The translations under genes and the position numbers were made by a program. Source: an uncultured delta proteobacterium (GTDB lineage: Bacteria; Desulfobacterota; Binatia; Binatales; Binataceae). From it: 64,000 nucleotides of DNA. Below the pieces are notes generated by a model that saw nothing but the letters and a program-made list of their open reading frames with translations, had not been told where the DNA came from and made no database searches. The number at the start of each line of letters is the position of its first letter. The stretch's first letter is position 1. Below are positions 57,290-64,000 of the stretch, in pieces. The stretch is from NCBI GenBank assembly GCA_963794325.1, contig CAWCDG010000004.1:1664001-1728000 (forward strand), in the 5' to 3' direction.

Positions 57290-58613
57290 TGCGCGCGCGT
57301 TCTGCGGGTTCTACGTCGGCAAGGCTGACGGCGCGCTGGTCAATCACGCGTCGCAAGTCGTGATCGCGCATCATGACGACAAGACCGTCATCAGCCTGAT
57401 GAACGACTACCAGGGCGAGCCGTCGAATTTCGCGCTGGTGGTGCCGGTCCCGGTCGTGCTGCAGAAGGGACAGGTGCATATCGGCGATCGCGAATTGTTC
57501 CAGAAGATCGACGCATACAGTTCGCCGCGCCTGGTCGAGTACTACGATCCTGATCCGTGCCAGCTGATGATGCCGATGGCGGCGGCCGGCGGCGCGATGA
57601 TGATGCATAGAGAGGCGAACGAATCGAGTCAGCCCGAAGCCAAGACTCTCGGCGTCAAGATCGAGGCGGAATACACCGTCGGCGAATACGACATCGTGAT
57701 TCTGTCGGCCAGGGAATCGACGGGCCTGCAGACCTGGCTGCAGCTTAACGGTTACAAGGTTCCGCTCGGCGCCGACCGGGCGCTCGAGCCGTACATTCGC
57801 AGCGATATGAAGTTCTTCGTCGCGAAGGTCAATATTGCCGAGCACAATCGCACTGGGCTGACCTACCTGCGGCCGCTGCAGTTCGCCTTCGAATCGCCAA
57901 AGTTCATGCTGCCGATTCGCCTCGGGATGATTAACTCGCAAGGCCCGCAGGACCTCGTCATCTACATGCTCACCGAAAACGGCCGGGTCGAGACCACCAA
58001 CTATCGCACCGTGAAATTGCCGACCGGCATGGACCTCCCCGAGTACGTGCGTGGCGAGTTCGGCGACTTTTACAAGGCGATGTTCGAAGAGCAGGTCAAG
58101 CGCAACGACATGCGCGCCGTGTTCACCGAATACGTTTGGAACATGGGATGGTGCGATCCGTGCGCGGGGCCGCCGTTGTCGCGCGACGAGTTGAAAAGTC
58201 TCGGCGTGTTCTGGCTTGACGATCAGCCGGGCGGAGCGGCCCCGATGTACCGGCGTCCCGGCGGAGCGATGATGCCGTATCCGCAGCCGATGAATGGTGC
58301 GACGCCGGTGACGCTCACGCGCCTCCATGTCCGCTACAGCGCCGACACATTCCCCGAAGATTTGATTTTTCAGGAGACGCAGGATCAGGAGAATTTCCAG
58401 GCGCGCTACGTGCTGCATCGTCCATGGGACGGCTCGCCCACCGCATGCGAGGGCGCCCGCAACTATTTCGAAGAATTGAACAAGCGCAAAGCGCAGGAGG
58501 CCGAAACCTTGGCCGATCTGACGGGATGGAATCTGCAGGATGTAATCAGGAAGGCGGGCCTGCCGCCGGAATCGCAGCCAAAGCCATGGTGGCAGGGCAT
58601 CTGGGGCTCGTGA
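57213..58613 (+). CDS. DUF2330 domain exported protein
   Basis: Signal peptide, AFCGFYV, PRLVEYYD, VGEYDIVILSA and LPIRLG motifs. Confidence 0.85.
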   Translation: MFYRRMRILVSVTLTIVALLLAAPHDARAFCGFYVGKADGALVNHASQVVIAHHDDKTVISLMNDYQGEPSNFALVVPVPVVLQKGQVHIGDRELFQKIDAYSSPRLVEYYDPDPCQLMMPMAAAGGAMMMHREANESSQPEAKTLGVKIEAEYTVGEYDIVILSARESTGLQTWLQLNGYKVPLGADRALEPYIRSDMKFFVAKVNIAEHNRTGLTYLRPLQFAFESPKFMLPIRLGMINSQGPQDLVIYMLTENGRVETTNYRTVKLPTGMDLPEYVRGEFGDFYKAMFEEQVKRNDMRAVFTEYVWNMGWCDPCAGPPLSRDELKSLGVFWLDDQPGGAAPMYRRPGGAMMPYPQPMNGATPVTLTRLHVRYSADTFPEDLIFQETQDQENFQARYVLHRPWDGSPTACEGARNYFEELNKRKAQEAETLADLTGWNLQDVIRKAGLPPESQPKPWWQGIWGS

Positions 58614-58672
58614 GGATGCGGATGGTGTGGATGGCGCGGGGTCGTCATCGACCCCGCGCGCCCGTGGTATCG

Positions 58673-58708
58673 ATCCTAACCTCTCCTCGGACAAGAAGAG
58701 ATTAGGAT
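58673..58708. repeat. Collapsed derivative of the 40674-40915 element
   Basis: ATCCTAACCTCTCCTCGGACAAGAAGAGATTAGGAT matches the two outer ends joined. Confidence 0.7.
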
Positions 58709-58726
58709 TCCGTCGGCCTGCGTGTC

Positions 58727-58933
58727 TCAGCGCTTCTCGAGCAGCCTGATCAGATTTTCAGTGTACGCCACCAAATCTCCGCAGTTCGCGCACTTGACGT
58801 TCTGAACTCCGTTCTCCTCGATGTAGATCAGCATCGACTTCCCGCCGCATTTTGAACAAGCCAGGACGTCATCAGCGGGATCGATCGGCCTCCGCCGCAT
58901 CCATCGAGAGATCCGATTTCTGAATTTGTTCAA
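58727..58933 (-). CDS. Small zinc-ribbon protein
   Basis: CSKC-x16-CANC; only plausible ORF in this gap. Confidence 0.55.
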   Translation of the reverse strand: MNKFRNRISRWMRRRPIDPADDVLACSKCGGKSMLIYIEENGVQNVKCANCGDLVAYTENLIRLLEKR

Positions 58934-59154
58934 GTATGAGAGAATTGTAACATATAGAACAATTCCTCGAACCGCCTCGAAACCTGCCGAAATGGTGAAT
59001 CTGACACAATTGAAGATTAGGCATGAGCTCGCTGACGCCGCTGCATTGACAGATGCCCGAGTGTGCCCTAGCCTTGCCGGTTTGCTATATTATCTAACTC
59101 AGCCGGCTGGGCCGAAACTGCTTTCCTCGACCTGCAATACCCGAGTTTTTATTC

Positions 59155-60495
59155 ATGTTTGATACGCTCAGCGACCGCCTCGAAGGAGTTTTCAAAAAAC
59201 TCAAGGGTCAGGGACGCATCACCGAGCGCAATATCGAGGATGCGCTCCGCGAAGTCCGCCTCGCGCTGCTCGAAGCCGACGTCAATATCAAAGTCGTCCG
59301 CGATTTTATCGAGCACGTCAAATCCAAGGCGCTCGGCGCCGAAGTGCTGCGCTCGCTCTCGCCCGAGCAGCATCTGATCAAGTTCGTCGCCACCGAGTTG
59401 CAGAACGCGATGGGCGGTACGGCGCGCGAGCTCGATCTCAAGGTTAAGCCGCCGGTCAAAATCATGGTGGTGGGCCTGCAGGGCGCGGGCAAAACCACTT
59501 CGATTGCCAAGCTCGCGCGATGGCTCAAATCCGAGCGCAAGCGCCATCCGCTTCTGGCCTCCACCGACGTTTATCGCCCGGCCGCGATGGAGCAACTCCG
59601 CGTGCTCGGTGCGCAGGCGCAAATTCCGGTCCTCGACAGCAACGAGCAGCAGGATCCAATCGAGATCGCGTCGCGCGCGATGGCCCGCGCCGAGACCGGC
59701 GGGCATGACGCGATTCTGATCGATACCGCCGGCCGCCTGCAGATCGACGAAGAGCTGATGGACGAGCTCACGCGCCTGAAGGCGGCGCTCAATCCGCATC
59801 ACATCCTTTTCGTCGCCGACGCGATGACCGGCCAGGAGGCCGCCAACGTCGCGGCCGGCTTCCACGAGCGGCTGGGAATCTCAGGCGTCATTCTGACCAA
59901 GCTCGACTCCGATGCGCGCGGTGGCGCGGCGCTTTCCGTGCGCACGATAACCGGCGCTCCGATTCTGTTCGCGGCGACCAGCGAGAAGCTCGACGGGTTC
60001 GAAGTTTTCTACCCGGATCGGCTGACCTCGCGCATCCTCGGGATGGGCGACGTGCTGACGCTGATCGAAAAGGCGCAACAGAACTACGATCAGACCAAGG
60101 CCAAGGAGCTCGAGCGCAAGTTCAAGAAGAACGAGTTCACCATCACGGATTTCGCCGAGCAGATTCGCGCGATCAAAAAGATGGGATCGCTCGGTGAGCT
60201 GATGGGCATGATACCGGGGCTTAAGAAATTCGCGGGCGCGGCGGATTCCGAAGGCGCCAAGCTCGAGCTCGGGCGCATCGAGGCGATTATCGACTCGATG
60301 ACGTTGCAGGAGCGCGGCAATCATCTGATTATCAACGGGCGCCGGCGCGCGCGAATCGCCGGCGGCAGCGGGACCTCGGTGCAGGACGTGAATCGTTTTC
60401 TCAAACAGTTCGAACAGACGCGCAAAATGATGAAGAAAATCACCCGTATGGGCGCGGGAAAAATGATGATGCGCGGACTAGGGCTCGGCAGCTAG
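59155..60495 (+). CDS. ffh: Signal recognition particle protein
   Basis: ALLEADVN, GLQGAGKTT, DTAGR, TKLD and a Met-rich M domain. Confidence 0.98.
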   Translation: MFDTLSDRLEGVFKKLKGQGRITERNIEDALREVRLALLEADVNIKVVRDFIEHVKSKALGAEVLRSLSPEQHLIKFVATELQNAMGGTARELDLKVKPPVKIMVVGLQGAGKTTSIAKLARWLKSERKRHPLLASTDVYRPAAMEQLRVLGAQAQIPVLDSNEQQDPIEIASRAMARAETGGHDAILIDTAGRLQIDEELMDELTRLKAALNPHHILFVADAMTGQEAANVAAGFHERLGISGVILTKLDSDARGGAALSVRTITGAPILFAATSEKLDGFEVFYPDRLTSRILGMGDVLTLIEKAQQNYDQTKAKELERKFKKNEFTITDFAEQIRAIKKMGSLGELMGMIPGLKKFAGAADSEGAKLELGRIEAIIDSMTLQERGNHLIINGRRRARIAGGSGTSVQDVNRFLKQFEQTRKMMKKITRMGAGKMMMRGLGLGS

Positions 60496-60515
60496 AATAT
60501 TAACAGGAGAACTGA

Positions 60516-60770
60516 ATGGCACTTGTAATCCGATTGCGCCGCCATGGCGCGCGCAAGAAACCTTTCTACCGCATCGTGGTGGCTGACTCGCGATCGCCCC
60601 GTGACGGACGCTTCGTCGCACAGGTCGGAACCTACGATCCGGCGTTCGATCCGCCGCGCGTCACGATCAAAAAGGACTTGGCCGACCAATGGCTCAAGGC
60701 TGGCGCCAAGCCGAGCGACACAGTAAGAAAGTTAATTAAACGGGCTGAAACAGCAACGGCCTCCGCCTGA
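60516..60770 (+). CDS. rpsP: 30S ribosomal protein S16
   Basis: [23 protein letters not shown]. Confidence 0.98.
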   Translation: MALVIRLRRHGARKKPFYRIVVADSRSPRDGRFVAQVGTYDPAFDPPRVTIKKDLADQWLKAGAKPSDTVRKLIKRAETATASA

Positions 60771-60797
60771 TGCGACCCGCTGCAACGGAGCCATCCT

Positions 60798-61034
60798 ATG
60801 AAGGAGCTCGTCGTATTTCTCGCGCAACAACTGGTGAACGACGCTAACGCAGTGGACGTTAAGGAGACCCAGGGCGATACCGCCTCGGTACTTGAACTGC
60901 GGGTGGCGAAGGAAGATTTAGGACGCGTGATCGGCAAGCAGGGCCGAACCGCAAAGTCGATCCGCACGATCCTGAACGCCGTCGCCTCGCGCACCAACCG
61001 CAAGGTTGTTCTCGAAATCGTCGAAGACCGATGA
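60798..61034 (+). CDS. khpA: KH domain RNA-binding protein
   Basis: DLGRVIGKQGRTA; conserved position after rpsP. Confidence 0.93.
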   Translation: MKELVVFLAQQLVNDANAVDVKETQGDTASVLELRVAKEDLGRVIGKQGRTAKSIRTILNAVASRTNRKVVLEIVEDR

Positions 61035-61083
61035 TCGCGCGGGCCTCGGCAACACATTTTTACCGTCCCGCTTGACAGCCTCA

Positions 61084-61584
61084 ATGCTGCGTGTCGGCCG
61101 CATAAGCGGCGCCCATGGCCTCAAGGGTGCGCTGAGATTTCGGCCCGACAATCCCGATTCCGACATATTGCAACAGGTTAAGCGGATTTTCCTGGAGCGT
61201 TCGGGGGAATCACGCGAGTTCCACGTGACCGGAGTGGCGCCGCTCAACGCGACGACCGATCGAATCACGCTCGAGGGCGTCGCGGACATCGACGCGGCCG
61301 AATCGCTCAAGGGCGCGGTCGTGATGCTCGCGACAGAGGACGTCCCGCCTGCCAAGCCGGGCGAGTTCTACTATTACGAAGCGATCGGATGCGAGGTTTT
61401 TCTCACCGACGGCAGCCGCCTCGGTGCGATCGAAGAAGTTTTCTCCAACGGCGCGCAGGACATCTGGATTGTCCGGGACGGCGAGCGCGAGGTGCTGATT
61501 CCGGTTATTGAAAATGTCGTGAAGTCGATGGATCTTCCGGGACGTCGCGTCACCATCGATCCGATTCCCGGCCTGCTCGACTGA
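61084..61584 (+). CDS. rimM: Ribosome maturation factor RimM
   Basis: VGRISGAHGLKG, EFYYYEAIG and LIP motifs; start approximate. Confidence 0.93.
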   Translation: MLRVGRISGAHGLKGALRFRPDNPDSDILQQVKRIFLERSGESREFHVTGVAPLNATTDRITLEGVADIDAAESLKGAVVMLATEDVPPAKPGEFYYYEAIGCEVFLTDGSRLGAIEEVFSNGAQDIWIVRDGEREVLIPVIENVVKSMDLPGRRVTIDPIPGLLD

Positions 61585-61619
61585 CCATCCGGCAGCCGGA
61601 TAGATTTAGACTCGCATCG

Positions 61620-62306
61620 ATGGAGTTTCACGTAATCACATTGTTCCCCGAAATGTTCGAGTCGCCGTTTCGCGGCGGCATGATCGGACGCGCGGTCGAG
61701 AATGGACTGATCGCGATCAAGGCGCATCCGTTGCGCGAGCACGGTCTCGGCAACTACCGGCAAGTCGACGACGCTCCGTACGGCGGCGGCAGCGGGATGG
61801 TGATGCGGCCGGAGCCAATCGGAGCTGCGATCGACGCAGTCAACGCACAGCATCCCGGTCTTTGGCGCATCCTGATGACGCCTCAGGGCGAAGTGTTCGA
61901 CAACTCGATGGCGCGCGACCTCGCCAAGCGCGCACCCGGCCTGATGATCGTCGCGGGCCGCTACGAAGGAATCGACGAGCGCGTGCGCTCGCTGGTCGAT
62001 CAGGAAATCTCTATCGGCGACTACGTGCTGAGCGGCGGTGAGATCCCCGCGATGGCGGTGATCGAGGCGGTGGGCAGGATGATACCCGGCGTGCTCGGCA
62101 ATCCCGAATCGCTCGACGAGGAATCGTTCGCCGCCGGGATGCTCGAATATCCGCAATACACCCGGCCCGAGGAGTTCCGCGGCATGACGGTGCCCAACAT
62201 TCTGCTCAGCGGCGACCACGCCAAAATTCGCGCATGGCGCGAGGCCGAAGCAAAAAAGCGCACGGCGCGCCGGCGTCCCGATCTGATCGAACGCCGCAAA
62301 TTCTGA
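61620..62306 (+). CDS. trmD: tRNA (guanine-N1)-methyltransferase
   Basis: VDDAPYGGGSGM, GRYEGIDER, SIGDYVLSGGE and LEYPQYTRP motifs. Confidence 0.98.
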   Translation: MEFHVITLFPEMFESPFRGGMIGRAVENGLIAIKAHPLREHGLGNYRQVDDAPYGGGSGMVMRPEPIGAAIDAVNAQHPGLWRILMTPQGEVFDNSMARDLAKRAPGLMIVAGRYEGIDERVRSLVDQEISIGDYVLSGGEIPAMAVIEAVGRMIPGVLGNPESLDEESFAAGMLEYPQYTRPEEFRGMTVPNILLSGDHAKIRAWREAEAKKRTARRRPDLIERRKF

Positions 62307-62308
62307 AA

Positions 62309-62866
62309 GTGTCCGACCTTTTTGTAGCGCTGATTCATCATCCGGTCGTCAATCGCAACGGAGAAACCGTAACCTCGGCAATCACCAGCCTCGACATCCA
62401 CGATATCGCGCGCGCGTCGCGAACCTACGACGTGCGCGGAGTGTTCATCGTCCATCCGATTCCCGAGCAGCGGAAATTCGCGGCGAGCATAATCGATCAT
62501 TGGCGCTTCGACTTCGGCCGCGCCCACGATTCACGCCGTCGCGAAGCGCTCGAACGGGTGCAGATCGTCGTCGAACTCGACGACGCAATCGCTGAGGCAT
62601 CGCGAATCTCGGGCATCCGCCCGTTAATCGTACACACCTCCGCCCGCACCGAAGGCGGCACCAGCTATACAGATCTGCGCGCGCGCCTCGAAGCACCGGA
62701 CGCCCCACCAATGATGATCCTGCTAGGCACCGGTTTCGGCATGTCCCCCGAAGTCGCCGAGCGCGCCGACATCATACTCGCGCCAATAATCGGCCCCACC
62801 GACTACAACCACCTGTCAGTCCGCTCCGCCGCCGGAATTATTTTAGATCGCCTCCGCGGCAAGTAA
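62309..62866 (+). CDS. SPOUT-family RNA methyltransferase (TrmD-associated)
   Basis: ALIHHPV, DIHDIAR, LGTGFG and YNHLSVRSA motifs. Confidence 0.88.
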   Translation: MSDLFVALIHHPVVNRNGETVTSAITSLDIHDIARASRTYDVRGVFIVHPIPEQRKFAASIIDHWRFDFGRAHDSRRREALERVQIVVELDDAIAEASRISGIRPLIVHTSARTEGGTSYTDLRARLEAPDAPPMMILLGTGFGMSPEVAERADIILAPIIGPTDYNHLSVRSAAGIILDRLRGK

Positions 62867-62899
62867 CCTCAGCGCCGATCACGAGAACTGTGCGCGCAA

Positions 62900-63028
62900 A
62901 GCGCCGGCCGCAGTAGCGTCCATCGAGGTTCTTCGCTACAGCAGCTTTCGCTCAGAATGACACCTAAAGGCGGCTCGCTTTTTTGTGTCATCCTGAGCGC
63001 AGCGAAGGATCTCGCGCTTCCGGCGCGT
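62900..63028. repeat. Family D repeat pair
   Basis: Homolog of 11786-11906. Confidence 0.8.
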
Positions 63029-63061
63029 ACCGCCTCACCACCAAGGCCCACACTTGGAAGA

Positions 63062-63616
63062 CTAGTGGTCAAGGAGGACGAGCGCCCGCAACTTCTCCAC
63101 GAAGCGCCGCATATGCGGATCGGACCGCTCGAACGGGATCTCGTCGAATCCAAACCATCGCACGTCATGAAACTCGCCACGATCGAATTCAATCGCTCGA
63201 GAGCTGTCGCCTCGCAGCAAATACCAAAGCGACACGTCGGTATGCCCTCCGTCTTTGCCGACCGTCCGCGTCACTGTGATGAACATGGGTTCCGGCCGTA
63301 TGAACTCCGCCGCGAGGTTCAGTTCCTCCGACAACTCCCTGACCACGGTTGCGGTCGGATCTTCGTCCGGCTCGACATGACCTCCGCTAGGCAGCCACAA
63401 CCCAGCCAGCTTGTGATCGACCAGCAGCACCTTTCCGCGCTGCTCATCGACGAGGGCGAAATAACTCACCAGATGCATGGGCGGAACATCTGGTTTCTTA
63501 GTCCTGAAGATGGGCGCACCCGAACGAATCCATTCGATCGTCGAGTCGCGATGCGCCCGCTCGAGGTCGTCAAGAGGTTCAATAGCGGCGACTATTTCGG
63601 TGATCCTGGCGCGCAT
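63062..63616 (-). CDS. NUDIX hydrolase
   Basis: HKLAGLWLPSGGHVEPDEDPTATVVRELSEE. Confidence 0.88.
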   Translation of the reverse strand: MRARITEIVAAIEPLDDLERAHRDSTIEWIRSGAPIFRTKKPDVPPMHLVSYFALVDEQRGKVLLVDHKLAGLWLPSGGHVEPDEDPTATVVRELSEELNLAAEFIRPEPMFITVTRTVGKDGGHTDVSLWYLLRGDSSRAIEFDRGEFHDVRWFGFDEIPFERSDPHMRRFVEKLRALVLLDH

Positions 63617-63724
63617 TTGGTCCACAGCCTGCGAGGATACCGTCCGTGAAATCTGCGAACCACCCATTGAGTGGGCTCGCGCATTTGGATAAATTTACTG
63701 GCTCGACTCGAGGTCTTTTCTCCC

Positions 63725-64000
63725 ATGAATACCGTTATCCAGAAGCTCGAAGAGCGGGGCCTGCGCAAGGACCTGCCTGAATTTCGCGTCGGCGACTCGG
63801 TTCGCGTTCACGTCAAGGTCGTCGAAGGCGAGAAAGAGCGCATCCAGTCCTTCGAAGGCATCGTGATCAAAATGAACCGCGGCGCCAATCGCGCCACCTT
63901 CACCGTGCGCAAGGTTTCGTACGGCGTCGGCGTTGAGCGAATCTTCCCGATGCATTCGCCGCGAATCGACAAGCTGCAAGTGCTGACGCGAAACCGCGTG
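63725..64000 (+). CDS. rplS: 50S ribosomal protein L19 (runs off the window)
   Basis: Manual translation gives [54 protein letters not shown]. Confidence 0.97.
   Translation, partial: MNTVIQKLEERGLRKDLPEFRVGDSVRVHVKVVEGEKERIQSFEGIVIKMNRGANRATFTVRKVSYGVGVERIFPMHSPRIDKLQVLTRNRV

Noticed and set aside
58934-59154. SRP RNA (ffs) next to ffh
   Set aside because: No recognisable domain IV GGAA tetraloop with flanking CAGG/AGCAG consensus.
62957-63649. 230-aa plus-strand ORF
   Set aside because: Starts within a repeat and is antisense to an ORF with a clear NUDIX box.

Overview
A GC-rich bacterial chromosomal window. Gene content and sequence style suggest a Candidatus Binatota or other deltaproteobacteria-like soil lineage (inference only). 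Housekeeping blocks frame the window: alaS-phoH-ybeY-lnt on the left and ffh-rpsP-khpA-rimM-trmD-(SPOUT)-rplS on the right. Between them lie many metabolic enzymes (SDRs, methyltransferases, acyl-CoA dehydrogenase, CoA-transferase), a MoxR/DUF58/BatA/vWA operon, a truncated IS3 and a large cyclase-NTPase. I see no rRNA, tRNA or CRISPR array. The most notable items are: (1) an ExbB-ExbD-ExbD operon whose TonB position is held by a protein with a TonB-like S-x3-H helix fused to a vWA/MIDAS domain; (2) at least five families of intergenic palindromic repeats that stack at shared sites and supply stop codons to genes, with one family physically fused to a GIY-YIG nuclease gene; (3) a circularly permuted alkaline-phosphatase/NPP enzyme; (4) an AbiGi/ART-like gene embedded in the phoH-ybeY-lnt operon; (5) a probable ATT start codon for phoH. 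Several single-base frameshifts could be assembly errors. All calls come from reading motifs by eye; no database searches were run.
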